64,000 bases of DNA from Malacoraja senta (GCA_038087875.1 CM075994.1:2978001-3042000), one strand, 5' to 3'. Numbered from the stretch's first letter, positions 38,742 to 53,042 are shown. Numbers and translations: made by a program. Notes: a model not told the origin generated them from the sequence alone.

Positions 38742-40333
38742 GTAAGGCACTTAATTTACAAAGTATTTTCTTCATCTTGAAATACAATGTAGAATAGGCA
38801 ACATGTTCGCATGATTTTGCTCAACAATGGCGGTTTCCGTGAATAAACAAATAAACCAGATTATCAGTCAGTTAAATTATCAGTAAAGGCAAATTTCCTT
38901 GGAATACATTTTGTGAACATAATTTGCTGTGATCCTTGTGAAAATACAGAAAATAAAAATGCAATTATTGATTTTTACTGCAAGGTACATTTTTCGACAT
39001 GCTTTGATAGTTGACAGCGATCTGAAAGTTATCTTTAAATATAGTTCAACGATTCTATTGTCCGTGTTTCAGTTCAAATTGCTTATGGGTATGCTGAACT
39101 AAAGAAATAAACCGTTCTTACTTTCACCTGCAATGCTTGGTTACCTACAGATAGGAAATATCGTTTGTGAATTATTCCCGAGTCTCATTTACCAAATGCC
39201 CGGGTGTTTGCCCTACCGCCTTTCTCTTCTTGTGACTGTAATTGACCTTGCATGCCACAATTGGAAGACTATAGCTATGAATCCGAGTGCACGGGGGGTA
39301 ACACCAAATGGAGCAATGTAACCGTTGATATGATCATTATCGTTCAAAATTCAATGCAGTATTCAATACGTTAAGGAAAAAAAATAAAGGACGTGATCCA
39401 CACTTTGGTGAAGGGGCGCGTTGTAGACCATATAGCAGAATAGTACATCAACTAAACACGTTTTGTAAGTGAATTTGGTTAATATTCAATTTCACATCTG
39501 AAAATCTCCCGGTAATTCCCATTGTTTAAAGATAAATAAATTGTCGAATAATGTTTCAATCATGTGCAAGTAAATTAAAAGCACTACTTGTGTTTTTATT
39601 GGTTACATGTTACAGATCAATACCTAGCCGCACATGTATATATGATGTGCAGCTAAGTATGAACAAAAAGGGCATATTAAGTTTTTCGCAAATCACAGAA
39701 GGATGGCATCCAGTTACACCTTTCACGGGCAAGGCAAGGTAAAATTACAGCAAACGAAAAGCAGTCTGCGTCTTTCAAACGCCGTTAAAAACTATGAACC
39801 TCATAGGGCGCTCGAGAGAGTAGCGAACTGCACAATGTAAACCAAATATTTTATTATTTGCAAACGATACCAAAACAAAAAAAGTTAAACGTGTCACCAT
39901 TATGAACTAGGGCTTTAGGCATTCCAAATCGCAGGAGCACATATTTTGATCGACACTAAAAATATTATGTAAAATCCATTGGAAAATCCTGGGGAGGCGA
40001 TGGCATAAATTCAATTGATAATTTTCTCGTGCTTTCAAATGTAATTATTTTGTCAGATATCAGCCACTATAAATAATTAAGGTAGGCAATAACTTCGAAT
40101 TACGTTCTAGAATCCCTCGTTGTAAATCTTGGGGATACAAAGAGTGAAATATTCAGTAAAGGTGCCAAATAACAGTACACAAAAGTGACATTAATTCTAA
40201 ATTTTTACTGAAACGGCGCAGTTTGATACAGTATATAATACGTGCAGTTGAAATAATAATGGTGTGAAAAAATATTCATTATAGTTTTGAAAATTATCGC
40301 TTCATGGTGGGAATTTACAATTGTTTATCCATA

Positions 40334-41714
40334 TCTATATAACTAAAAGTCTCATCTTGACCACTTCCTGTCTCAGTTCAGTTCAGTTTTATTTGTCATA
40401 TGTAGGTTCACCCTGGGTCACCGGTACAATTAAATGTTTTGACAAGACAACGGGTCACCTCAGCAATGATATTGATTTTAGAAAAGAATTCTACCATATA
40501 TCGCTATAATTTTGGCCATCTTACTCGCAGTCATCCTCCGCTGAGGCAGCCCCGGGGATTTTTCAGATCAATGAAAAATAAAAAAAGTTATGAGTGTTTA
40601 AAAAATCTTGAGATCAGCTGATTGGTCCACTCGCCTGTCAATCACGACGATGAATGTAACGTCCCTTCACGGGAGGCATGTATATAAAACCCCGGGTGCC
40701 TGGACGTGAGTCAGTCACTCTGGAAGATCGCGAGGGGGGTTACATTGATTCTAAGCTGTGAATCAACTGAAATCTGAGTCTGCAATGTACTTGCAATAAA
40801 TTATTTGTTAGCCCTTAATGACAATGCATTGAGTTGTTTGGCAATTTGTTGGCCTGCACTCTGTTTGAAATGCTATGAAATTGAATTTGGGGGCCTGCAC
40901 TCTTTTTGAAATGCTATGAAATTGAATTTGGTGGCCTGCACTCTGCTTGAAATGCTATGAAATTGAATTTGGTGGCCTGCACTCTGCTATAAATGCTAGG
41001 AAATTTAATTTGTTGGCCTGCACTCCGCTTGAAATGCTATCAAATTTTATTTTGTGTCCTGCACTCTGCTTGAAATGTTATGAAATTGAATTTGGTGACC
41101 TCCACTCTGCTTGAAATGGAATTTCAAGGAATAACCGTGAGTGAACTGACAGCCCATCAGCCCTGAGTGATTTATCTGCCAGACCACCTGACCAGAGTGA
41201 CTGAGATGCCAGCCCACCAACCCTAAGTGACTGAGCTGCCAGCCCACCGGCGCTGAGTGACTGAGCTGCCAGCCCACCATCCCTGAGTGATTGAGCTACC
41301 AGCCCACCAGGCCCGAGTGACTGAGCTTCCAGCCCACCAGCCCTGAGTGACTGAACTGCCAGCCCACCAGCTCTGAGTGATTGAGTTGCCAGCCCACCAG
41401 CCCTGAGTGACTGAGCTGCCAGCCCGCCAGTCCTGAGTGACTGAGCTGCCAGCCTACAAGGCCTGAGTGACTGAGCAGCCAGCCCACCAGGACTGAGAGA
41501 TTGAGCTGCCAGCCCAATAATTCATTCGGCCTACAATGTCCATACTAGCCCTCTGGAAACCAGTTCCTTCGGCCCACAACACACATACTAGCTCCCAGAA
41601 CCTCCCCCCCCCCACACTGGCCACCAATATTGGAATTGGTGGAGAGGTGGAATATTGCGTTGGGGGACCAGCCCTCCAGTGTATACATGGGACCTAGGTG
41701 ACTACCTAGTCTAG
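40334..41714 (+). mobile_element. Complete non-autonomous Helitron with internal 41-bp and 30-bp tandem arrays
   Basis: A|TCTATATAACTAAAA 5' end; 3' hairpin ctaggt-gact-acctag then CTAG|T; 41-bp units at ~40851-41115; 30-bp units at ~41161-41516. Confidence 0.75.
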
Positions 41715-42465
<751 letters not shown>

Positions 42466-42499
42466 ATCATATAAATTAACGAGAATGAGTCGAATGAGG

Positions 42500-43522
42500 G
42501 GTCTGTGTTGGGTCCACTGTTGTTTGTCATGTACATCAATGATCTGGATGATGGTGTGGAAAATTGGATCAATAAGTATGCAGATGATACTAAGATAGGT
42601 GGTGTGGTGGATAATGAAGTAGATTTTAAAAGTCTACAGAGAGATTTAGGCCATTTGGAAGAATGGGCGGAAAGATGGCAGATGGAGTTTAATGCTGATA
42701 AATGTGAGGTACTACATCTCGGCAGGACAAATCAAAATAGGACGAACATGGTAAATGGTAGAGAATTGAGGAATGCAGTTGAACAGAGGGAGCTAGGAAT
42801 AACTGTGCATAGTTCCCTGAAGGTGTAATCTCATGTAGATAGGGTGGTAAAGAAAGCTTTTGGGGTGCTGGCCTTTATAAATCAGAGCATTGAATATAGA
42901 AGTTGGGATGTAATGTTAAAATTGTACAAGGCATTGGTGAGGCCAATTCTGGAGTATGGAGTACAATTTTGGTCGCCTAATTATAGGAAGGATGTCAACA
43001 AAATATAGAGAGTACAGAGGAGATTTACTAGAATGTTGCCTGTGTTTCAGCAACTAAGTTACAGAGAAAGGTTGAACAAGTTAGGTCTTTATTCTTTGGA
43101 GCGCAGAACGTTAAGAGGGGACTTGATAGAGGTGTTTAAAATTATGAGCGGGTTAGACAGAGTTGACGTGGATAAGCTTTTTCCATTGAGAGTAGGGAAG
43201 ATTCAAACAAGGGGACAGGACTTGAGAATTAAGGGACAGAAGTTTAGGGGTAACATTAGGGGGAACTTCTTTACTCAGAGAGTGGTAGCTGTGTGGAATG
43301 AGCATCCAGTGGAAGTGGTGGATGCTGGTTCTATTTTATCCTTTAAAAATAGATTGGATGGGTATATGGACGGGAAAGGAATGCAGGGTTATGGTCTGAA
43401 TTCAGGTAGATGGGACTAGGGGGAAGTATTTATTTTTAAAAAAAAATGTTCGGCACGGACTTGAAGGGCCGAGATGGCCTGTTTCCGTGCTGTAATGGTT
43501 ATATGGTTATATGGTTATATGG
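42500..43522 (+). mobile_element. 5'-truncated CR1 of a second subfamily
   Basis: LGPLLFVMYINDLD and KYADD motifs; (gttatatg)n tail. Confidence 0.9.
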
Positions 43523-43866
43523 AAACGCATAGATAGATAGGCTATTTATTGGTGCTGGTGGTACGAGAGATTCATTGAGGCTCAGTGTCCAAAGATAATT
43601 TGTTAATATTTTTGTTGTTTGCAGCTCAGAATGTGCTACAAATCAGAATGACTTTTTTGTGTTTTTCCGTAAAAGATATTTCAATTAACATTTGTTTTAT
43701 TTGCGCCCTAATTACTCAAATGCAGCCCAGTTATCAAAGACTTCACAGATTAGTTTTATTTTTATTCTTTCTGATCACGGTGTTAAGCTTGTGAATGATA
43801 TAAAATCCCTCAGAGTGATTTGCTACATCAAAATATTAAATATAATCATATTATATTAATGACCCC

Positions 43867-44604
43867 GTTTGGGAAAAGGGGTCATCAACACCGGGATCTG
43901 GGGTCCTTTTTTTCAGTCAATTAAAGTAAGCATGCAAGTACAGCAGGCAGTGAAGAAAGCTAATGTCATGTTGGCCTTCTTAACAATAGGAGTTGAGTAT
44001 CGGAACAAATTGGTCCTTCTGCAGTTGTACAGGGCCCTAGTGATACCACACCTGGAGTATTGTGTGCTGTTTTGGTCTCCAATTTTGAGGAAGGACATTC
44101 TTGCTATTGAGGGAGTGCAGCGTGGGTTCTCAAGATTAATTCCAGGGATGGCGGGACTGTCATATATTGAGAGAATGGAGCGGCTGGGCTTGTATATGGA
44201 ATGTAGACGGATGAGAGGGGATTGTATTGAAACAAAAGATTATAAAGGGTTTGGACACGCTAGAGGCAAGAAGCATGTTCTCGATGTTGCGGGAGTCCAG
44301 AAACAGGGGCCACATTGTAAGAATAAGGGGTAAGCCATTTAGAACGGAGATGATGAAACACTTTTTCACGCAGCGAGTTGTGAGTCTGTGGAATTATCTG
44401 TCTCAGAGGGCGGCGGAGACCGGTTCTCTGGATACTTTCAAGAGAGAGCTAGATAGGGTTCTTAAAGATAGCGGTGTCACTGGATATGGGGAGAAGGCAG
44501 TAACGGGGTACTGATTATGGATGAGCAGCCATAATCACATTGAATGGCGGTGCTGGCTCGAATGGCCGAATGGCCTACTCCTGCTCCCATGGTCCATTGT
44601 CTAT
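43867..44604 (+). mobile_element. CR1 3' fragment
   Basis: PHLEYCVLFWSP and FFTQRVV motifs plus 3' UTR. Confidence 0.9.
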
Positions 44605-45505
44605 GCTAGTGCTGGAACTGATTTTAATATTGTGTTTGTCTTGAGAATTCATCGATATTTCGTGAAAATTCTAAATTATTTGGCAGTGTATCAATTTTCA
44701 ACATCTAATGACATAATTCGCTTGGGCCAATTACTTACACGTGCTTTTGATTACTCAAAGTAAGTATTTTAATTATTTGACCTGAATATTTCACGCGTGA
44801 CTTCAGTCTTTTAAATTGTTTAATTACTCCTGTGAATCATCGGATGGCGAACATGGTGGAAAAAATGATGGTTACCTCATGTACTGCGAAAGAAACATCT
44901 GTCGTGGAGATCCTGGAGGGCCTAGGGCCATGGTATATCCTACTTAAGGTCACCCTCCTCATTTAATATAAATATTAAAGCATTTCGTAAATTCGTTCTT
45001 AGACAGTCTATGACAACTGAACACCTTGTTCGTACTTCCTCTCGCAGAAGTAAATGGGTTCTACCATTCCACAATGTTGATTTCTCATTCGCGGTGGTTC
45101 ATGCGTGACTAGCCTTTGAACTCGCTGTAAGCATCTTATTCCTTCTGTTCCCCCATAAGCCAGGTGCCATATGGGATGGCTTGACGTAAGATGACGGCCC
45201 CCGATATTGCCTCCGTTTCATTCCACATAGCATTCACATACTTCTTCTCAAGGTAGAATTAAAAGCTACATTTCCTGTATCAATACACTTTTTTCGGTTC
45301 CAATATATTTAGTAGTGGTAGGTTGCACCTCAATTCGGATAATCATGCCTGTTGCATATATACAATCTCACCTCAAGGAGTTGATATTATGATTGGCCTC
45401 TACCTTTCCACCGAAACAACAAGCCATTAAAGTCAATTAATTAGTTCAGGCAAGCACGTCATCGGTAGACGGTGTTATATGATTGTTTTAATCTTTTTTC
45501 ATTAG

Positions 45506-45532
45506 GATTTAATGTTCTTCTACAAGTTCACA
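45506..45532 (+). CDS. Candidate 27-nt micro-exon (G)FNVLLQVH
   Basis: ttttttcattag|GATTTAATGTTCTTCTACAAGTTCACA|gtaagt. Confidence 0.6.
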
Positions 45533-46227
45533 GTAAGTTACTCATATAATACCTCCCACATACAAATAAAGCATTCGTTGTATTATTGTGATAGTTTGAT
45601 TATCACAATGACGAATGCTTTCTATGTGCTTCTTATTTCTTCTGAGCTCGGCGTTATTCAGAATGACTGTGTGAGCATACTCTGCCTCCTTCACTTTGCA
45701 TAGACCCATAATTCGGTTGGGCGGTGGCTACATCAAATGCACAATTTACTCCTTTTGGTGTCGATCGTGAGCAAATTGTATAGTCTGTGTTTGGATGAAA
45801 TATGTCTGAGGCTTTCACAAAAACAAAGAACGACATCTAGAAAGCTCTGGCAGTTATTTTGCAATACTCATTCGTTACTGGAATAATGCCAAATTATTCG
45901 TGAATCTCCAGAACTCCACCCAAGCTGCCTACAATAATCGCTCGTGATTTCAGCGCAGTTAGTTGGGCAAGGCATTTGAAAAATAAAGTGCAATCGTTCA
46001 ATCAGGGAAAACAGAAGAATATTCAAGAGTAGTGCATATCTCTTTATTCAAGTAAATCCAGTGTGGCTAACTTAGTTAAACGTTTTAAGAATATAATATG
46101 GAAGACGGATAAGCTCAGAGATGTTATATATTGTTCGTTTGTTTTAGCCAGGTATTTTATAATTAACCATAAATTATGAAAGCGAGAAAAAGAGAAGAAT
46201 ATTTATTGTATGCAATATATCTTTCAG

Positions 46228-46254
46228 GGGACGATGTACAAAAAAGGGATGAAG
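46228..46254 (+). CDS. Candidate 27-nt micro-exon xDDVQKRDE
   Basis: atatctttcag|GGGACGATGTACAAAAAAGGGATGAAG|gtaatt. Confidence 0.65.
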
Positions 46255-47279
46255 GTAATTTTCGTGATAGGTGACATCACTTTAAATTTTGAGGAGCAGA
46301 CCACAGAGAGCAAACTGACCGAAATATGAATGTGAGAGTTGTGAGAGCAAAGGGTTATATTTATATGTATACGGCAAATTATTCGTAGAAGTTAACCTGG
46401 AGCCGCATACAATATCAGCGGTTTCTATTAGTGAGCAAGGATATACGTAGCATTTTTTAAAAGTATTTTGTATTTGTCTGCATGTAAGATAAAACACTGA
46501 AAAAAATCACGTTATCACTCTTAAACCATGGGACCGGATAGGACAAGGAGTCTAGCATTCAAGAAAAAATATTACCGGAAGCAGGTCAATGACTTGGATA
46601 AAAAATTAACATGACGCTGCTCAGGGGGTACCGCAACCCCTTGTCCAATAAATATTAAAAGCATAATGTAGAAATTAATCACGAAGCGAAAGCATGCAAA
46701 ACATTACAAGTAGTTCATCGTATGAAAGTGCAACCAGTATATTTCGTGTTAGAATAAGCCGTCACCTGGAATAGGGTGCATCGATTTGCTTTCTCTTCCT
46801 AACGGAAATATGGAAGTTGTGTGAGATGTTCAGCTGAGGCCTGGTACATACATTCGCAGGTGGGTGGATTTTTCAGATGCGGAGGAAACAAAACACAATC
46901 TTTCAACCTGCTTATGGTGTTATTTTGATAACTCAAACACTATTATTCAAACCTTCAGAGCAGATGCAGGGAAGATAATTTGCTGAATGTCTAGTCAAGA
47001 ATCAAAGTATCGAAGTAAATAGTCGGTCATGCAAGATTTTGAATAAAAGATGTCTGCACGTTCACTTTTTGTGATTCCCCTGGAAATATTTGTGGAAGTC
47101 TACTACTTCATCCAAGGCAGGGGTAAGGAGATATTACGTGCGTCGGTTGGCGTGAGATTAGAGGAGGAACTTGACGCAAACGGGCAAGATCTATCGTAAT
47201 CGTGCAAGAAGTCTGGGCATTGGTATGAAGAACCCGATGAAGCTTATACACGTTAACATTATTTTATTTAAATATCCAG

Positions 47280-47306
47280 GTTGTGGCGTAGATGTCCCCT
47301 TACTAT
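47280..47306 (+). CDS. Candidate 27-nt micro-exon (G)CGVDVPLL
   Basis: ttaaatatccag|GTTGTGGCGTAGATGTCCCCTTACTAT|gtaagg. Confidence 0.55.
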
Positions 47307-47493
47307 GTAAGGGTCGTTATTCGTCAGACTTAATTACATTAGTATGAAGCTGCGCCAGTCGAAACCCCAGCAAATGATGAACTTCAGCGCAGAATTTGTA
47401 CATTATAATTAATTAATTTCACAGATTATTTGTTATTTTTTATTCAAGCTTTCTCAGTTGATTGATAATCAAATTTTGACCTACATATTTCAG

Positions 47494-47529
47494 TAATGGA
47501 AAAGCTGTCAAGAAGTTTGCAAGACGCCG
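47494..47529 (+). CDS. Candidate 36-nt exon xMEKLSRSLQDA, coiled-coil-like
   Basis: acatatttcag|TAATGGAAAAGCTGTCAAGAAGTTTGCAAGACGCCG|gtgaga. Confidence 0.65.
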
Positions 47530-47610
47530 GTGAGATAACCTAAATTGCTGTTAAAACGTACATATTTCGTAATCACCAGCAACATTTGCCCAGCGTTTCT
47601 TCCGTTTCAG

Positions 47611-47634
47611 AGGGGGGGTTTTCCCCGCGAGGAG
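47611..47634 (+). CDS. Candidate 24-nt micro-exon (E)GGFSPRG
   Basis: ttcttccgtttcag|AGGGGGGGTTTTCCCCGCGAGGAG|gtaata. Confidence 0.55.
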
Positions 47635-47661
47635 GTAATATAACATTGAACAAATATGAGA

Positions 47662-49302
47662 AAACGTATTAAAAAACTGGATTCAGACATTACTAATTTT
47701 ATATGGGACTATAAATCACATAGAATACAAAGAACACACTAGAACAAAGCTAAAGTATTAGGGGGGTTAGCACTCCCTAACTTCATGTATTATTATCGGT
47801 CAGTAAATATAAGAAATATGGTTCAACTGATGGACAACTCTGCCCAGCAAGTGGACTGGATTGTTATGGAGAGAGAGGACTGCTCCTCTGGAAACATTGG
47901 AGCGATCCTTCTCTCACCAATGAAATTGAATAACATAAATTATAACAAAAACCCAATTATACATAGTACAATCAGAACTTGGAAACAAATAAAACAAAAG
48001 TTAAAATTAAGACATTTATCGCTTTTATCTCCCATAATTAATAACCCTTTATTTAATCCCTCTATTACAGACAAATATGTCATACAATGGGATAGACTAG
48101 GAATTAAAACGTTCGGTGACTTGTACGAAACTGGAAAATTACTATCATTCCAACAATTACAAATAAAATATACTCAGAAATAATCAATATTTTAAATATT
48201 TTCAAATATGTGACTATTTGAAAAAATATACAAAAGATCATTATAGCCCAGCAGATGTATTGGATGAAGTAATGCAGATAAAAGCTGAATCAGCAAACGT
48301 AATATCATATTTGTATAATATTATCTTAAATGTAGAAATACCATCTACGGAAGGTATTAGAAGAGACTGGGAATAAGAATTAGCTATTAAAATCTCAAAG
48401 GAAAGGTGGAATGAACATTTATTAAACGTGCATAAATGTTCGTTTAATGTAAGACACACTTTAATACAATTTAAAATTTTACATAGATTATATTATTCTA
48501 AAATTAAATCAATACAATTTTCCCAAATGTATCATCAATTTGTGATAAATGTCAATCTCAAGAAGCTACTATAGCGCACTCATTTTTTAAATCTTTACAA
48601 AATTATTTAAAATAGAACTGATACCCAAAGCAGAATGGATTATCTTCGGAACAACGGAAGATAGTCCAGAACTAAATGTGTTCCAAAATAAATTAATAGA
48701 CTATGGGTTAATAACTGGAAACAAGTTAATACTAAAATTCGGGAAAAACGCTCCAATACCAACTTTAAACATGTGGATTTCAAACATGTTCCAAACATTA
48801 CACCTAGAAGAGATAAGACTCCTCCTGGCAGGTAAACCAGACCACTTCCACCTGACGTGGTCTGCATTTATAGAATTATTACAAGTATAGGGTGCAAAAG
48901 TACTAAAAAAAACTGAGGTCAGGTAAGGGGGGATGAAAGCTGGAGAGTTTGGTATGTCCCATTTGCGTGATGCTTACAAAAAAGTATTTGTTTTTCTCTT
49001 TTCCCTCTTTCTCTTTTTTCTTCTTTTTTAGGGTCTATTTCTTAACTCTTTCTTTTTGTTTTTTAATTTCTTTCTTATAGGGTCTTTGTTTTTTGTTTTG
49101 TTTTTGTTGTCACGTTTTTTACACTTTCACTTTTTTCCTTCACTTTCTTCTTTCTCTCAATCTCATCCTTTCCCTTTATTAGTGTAAAAAATAAACGGAG
49201 TACATTAATTGTATAAGATATATGTGACGAGTACTAATGTAACTGGTTGTAATGTAATGTACTTCTAATAAATAAAAATAAAAAAAATAAAAAATAAAAA
49301 AA
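47662..49302 (+). mobile_element. 5'-truncated L1/Tx1-like LINE (ORF2 C-terminus, 3' UTR, poly-A)
   Basis: GGLALPNF, QFKILHRLY and CDKC..H motifs; poly-A; 14-bp TSD gaacaaatatgaga (47648-47661, 49303-49316). Confidence 0.9.
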
Positions 49303-49996
49303 GAACAAATATGAGAGCATCTTCTCAACGCTGGCAAAAAAAGTATTTTCATATATCAGTTTGATGACTTTGTCATACTGGACGTCATTTGTTCACTGTT
49401 TATCCAACACGTCCAGTCGTCATATTGCATTTCTTTATTTTCAAGGTATTTTATTGAACGAACTTTTTCGGGTGGCGGTGTTCCCAATCTAATGAACGGC
49501 GTGCTCAAGAGTATGCCTGTGCTTGAGGAACTTCCGTCCCTGTGAATTTATTGCCGAATTGTCCGTTAATGTATAGGGGATAAATGAAATCACTCCTTCC
49601 CTGTTGTCCATTGCAGTTGCTCCATTCCAACAACTTTTCATTTGCCCCGCTTTGTTTTCTTGAAATCTTCTTCTTTTCATGTCATTGATATTGAAGCTGC
49701 GTTTCGTCTTTATAAATAACATGATACATCATTTTGCAATTCGTTCCTTATTAGTACATTTGAATTCCTTCGGATGCGCGCAGGAATCAGTAAAATGCTT
49801 CCAAGCTGTGTGAATCAGTTACTAATTTAGTCGGTCACTCAAACACTTGGGACCTTATATACAATTAATCCACGAATGCGCTCCTAATGAAATTATAGAA
49901 TATCCTGAGAAAACATTTGAATTATATCCTTGTCTCAGAATGACAATGCCCTGCCTAGCATCGAAGTATTGACGTTCTATTAAAATATGTTTGTAG

Positions 49997-50023
49997 AAAT
50001 CAATATCCGAAAAAAAGATTCCG
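49997..50023 (+). CDS. Candidate 27-nt micro-exon (E)INIRKKDS
   Basis: atatgtttgtag|AAATCAATATCCGAAAAAAAGATTCCG|gtaaaa. Confidence 0.55.
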
Positions 50024-50107
50024 GTAAAAACAAATATATGTTCATCATTTATGTTTTATGTTTTTACCGGTAAATGACTTTCGGGAAACCGATCGCATGC
50101 TTGGCAG

Positions 50108-50125
50108 ATAAAGGAGATATTATCG
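50108..50125 (+). CDS. Candidate 18-nt micro-exon (D)KGDII
   Basis: gcttggcag|ATAAAGGAGATATTATCG|gtgact. Confidence 0.4.
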
Positions 50126-50277
50126 GTGACTGATATATTGTGGAGTAGAGGATTAGATTTCGGAAATAAACTGCCACACAGATTTTGCTCCATTTCTGGA
50201 CACGGTGGCATGTGGCATCTCAACTCCAAGCTGCTCTGTCTTGAGTTGACCTATACACAGCTCGGAGCATGCTGCAG

Positions 50278-50292
50278 AATCACCATGCATAG
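50278..50292 (+). CDS. Candidate 15-nt micro-exon (E)SPCI
   Basis: catgctgcag|AATCACCATGCATAG|gtacgt; weak pyrimidine tract. Confidence 0.35.
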   Translation, partial: NHHA

Positions 50293-50308
50293 GTACGTTT
50301 TATTTGGG

Positions 50309-50423
50309 TTATTATTATTATTATTATTATTATTATAATTATTATTATTATAATTAATTGTTATTATTGTTATTATTAGTATTATTAGATGTAGTTGTTG
50401 TAATAGTAGTAGTAGTAGTAGTG

Positions 50424-50495
<72 letters not shown>

Positions 50496-51005
50496 CTGGT
50501 AGAAGTAGTAGTAATAATAATAATAATAATAATACATTTTATTTATGGGCTCCTATACAACAGTCCCAATGACACCTTACAAAATTTAACAAAGAAACAT
50601 ATAATCAGAGTAAAATAAGTCATAAAGACATCACCAATACACAAATTAAAGACAGAAATTCGATCCAAAAAACAACAACAACAAAATTTCAGAAACACAA
50701 TGTGAAGAGAGAGCAGCGGCAGCTAAACCGCGCCAGCGTCCACTCTCCCTTCCGACCGCCATCTTGGACACAGACTAACATAGACAGTACACACAAAAAT
50801 CATCCCCCCACAATGGTTACCACTGTGGGGGAAGGCACAATGTCCAGTCCCCAACCCCAGTTCTCCCCAAAGTCAGGCCTATTGAGGCCTCCGCTATTGC
50901 CTCTACGGAGGCCCGATGTTCCTGGCCGTTCTCACCGGGTGCTGTTGCCCCGGCGTCGGGAGAGTCCTTTCGGCGGCTGGGCCACCTTGAACGGCCACCT
51001 GGAAC

Positions 51006-51044
<39 letters not shown>

Positions 51045-51096
51045 CAGTAGTAGTAGTAGGAGTAGTAGTAGTAGTAGCAGTAGCAGTAGTACTTGC

Positions 51097-51129
<33 letters not shown>

Positions 51130-51190
51130 TGAAGTAGAAGTAGTGGTAGTAGTAGTAGTAGTAGAAGTAGCAGTGGTTATAGTAGCGGTG
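50309..51190. repeat. (TTA)n/(GTA)n trinucleotide microsatellites split by a retroposon fragment (50530-51003, minus strand)
   Basis: Direct reading; the insert shares ccccccacaatggtt...gaaggcaca with 12410-12460. Confidence 0.9.
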
Positions 51191-51251
51191 GAATTCGCAG
51201 TAGTATTAATGTTTTGTTATTGCTGTTATTAATGTTGGTACAATATCACAG

Positions 51252-51278
51252 AATTGGCTGACCATTTGAAAGTCGATG
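51252..51278 (+). CDS. Candidate 27-nt micro-exon (E)LADHLKVD
   Basis: caatatcacag|AATTGGCTGACCATTTGAAAGTCGATG|gtgagt. Confidence 0.65.
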
Positions 51279-51317
51279 GTGAGTAATTATATATCTGTCT
51301 AGTCCACTCCCCTGGCA

Positions 51318-51415
51318 TCAGTCTGAAGAAGGGTCTCGACCCGAAACGTCACCCATTCCTTCTCTCCAGAGATGCTGCCTGCCCCACTGAGTTACTCCAG
51401 CATTTTGTATCTACG
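51318..51415 (+). ncRNA. Penelope-associated minimal hammerhead ribozyme motif
   Basis: CTGAAGA (51323-51329), helix II gggtc/gaccc, GAAA, then GTC cleavage triplet. Confidence 0.6.
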
Positions 51416-51689
51416 TGTGAGTAATTAATACTTGTAATGCATCTCGCGGAAAACACTGAACATTTTTCGCAAGTATGAGAATACATTCTGCAAAGGTGAA
51501 CCCTACAGTTATGGTAATCTTTGGAGTGATTTAAAGAGAATAACACTTATTTCCATAAACAGTTCACAAGCTACCTTGAATGGTGTACATTAATGCAGCA
51601 ACTCCTTCCCCAACTCGGTCATAAAATACAGTTCACATCAATTTACACATTTGTCCAAAGTTATTTTACTGCAATACTGTGATAAATCA

Positions 51690-52258
51690 TTGGAGGGGCT
51701 TTTGCAGGATCCTAGTGCAAGTACACCTGGAGTATTGTGTGCAATTTTGATCTCCAAATTTGCGGAAGGACGTTCTTGCTTTTGTGTGAGTGCAGCACAG
51801 GTTAACAAGATTAGTTCCCGGCATGGCGGGACTGTCATATGTTGATACAATGGAGTGGATGGGCTTGAAAACTCTAGAATTTTGAAGGCTGAGAGGGGAT
51901 CTAATTGAAACATATAATATGTTTTAAGTGTTTGGACACGCTAGATGCAGGAAGCATGTTTCCGATGTTGGGGAAGTCCAGATCCAGGGGCCACAGTTTC
52001 AGAATAAGTGGTAAGCAATTTAGAACGGACATGAGAAAATATTTGTTCACAGAGAGTTGTGAGTCTCTGGATGACGATTATCTAGATATTTTCAAGAGAT
52101 AGTTAAATAGAGCTCTTGAAGATAGCGGAGTCAAGGGATATGGGGAGAAGGCAGGAACGGGGTACTGATTGTGGCATGATCACATTGAATGGCGGTGCGG
52201 GCTCGAATGGCCAAATGGCCTAATCCTGCGCCTATTATCTATTGTCTATTGTCTACTG
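51690..52258 (+). mobile_element. Degenerate CR1 3' fragment
   Basis: cacctggagtattgtgtgca ... ggagaaggcaggaacggggtactga and (tattgtc)n tail. Confidence 0.85.
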
Positions 52259-52475
52259 TCTAAATATCTATATTTCTCAACGCTGCTGGGCATATTTCTT
52301 GGCGAGACATCGAAGTGGTACGATCAACGATCGTGCATGTCGTTGTAAATATGAAAACATACCCAGAAGAAAGAACAGTGGCATTCAATATTATAATATC
52401 GAAGTTCAGCTAAATTTAGGAATTTTAATTCGAATTTCAAGGTCGCAAATATATCGAGTTTCTCTATTGTTGCAG

Positions 52476-52502
52476 TTGACCGAATGAAAGAAACTAAAAC
52501 AG
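52476..52502 (+). CDS. Candidate 27-nt micro-exon (V)DRMKETKT, weak donor
   Basis: ctattgttgcag|TTGACCGAATGAAAGAAACTAAAACAG|gtccaa. Confidence 0.45.
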
Positions 52503-53012
52503 GTCCAAAGCTTTCTGAAATTATTGATGTAATTATGGGAATAAAGTGTATAATTGTAGGGAACCAGTATATATGGTCAGATCGGGGGGAGTTCCCTCCG
52601 CCACGGGAACCATGGAATCCCGTGCTACCTGCTCCATGGTCGGATATTCGGCGACTAAACCAAATCCCCCACCTGGTTTGCCAGGTGAGAAGGGGGCTGC
52701 GGACTCCCAGCAGGTCCAATAACAAGACTTGTTAAACGGCGGATGAGCTTCTAGCGAGCCAACGGCCATCAGTAGAAGTCACTGTCGTACATAGAATTGT
52801 GAGGAATGATGATAAAGCACAAAATCCTATACTTCCAGCGGCGGAAATCCACAGGAACTGGAGTACAGAGATGTGTGGTGCGTTCATCACCGTTCCCTTT
52901 GGAAACCAGCACCACTATGTCGTTAATATTTTCAACGATTATAAATGAATGAAGTACATAATTCAAAATCCCATCACGAAACCATGCCTTGGAGAAATAT
53001 TTTATCTGCCAG

Positions 53013-53042
53013 TTGTGATTAACTATGGATTTAAGGAAGAAA
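53013..53042 (+). CDS. Candidate 30-nt micro-exon (V)VINYGFKEE
   Basis: tttatctgccag|TTGTGATTAACTATGGATTTAAGGAAGAAA|gtaact. Confidence 0.45.

Noticed and set aside
38950..40081. AG..GT segments with non-3n lengths (38950-38984, 40057-40081; also 848-875, 17594-17652, 53974-54040)
   Set aside because: They break frame or contain stops. Recorded as background or possible decayed exons; they show that some chance AG..GT pairs exist.
41047..41517. GWQLSHSGLV decapeptide-repeat ORF
   Set aside because: 30-bp minisatellite inside a Helitron; no splice or coding context.
50358..51232. Poly-Val/Leu ORFs resembling membrane proteins
   Set aside because: Translations of (GTA)n/(TTA)n microsatellites.
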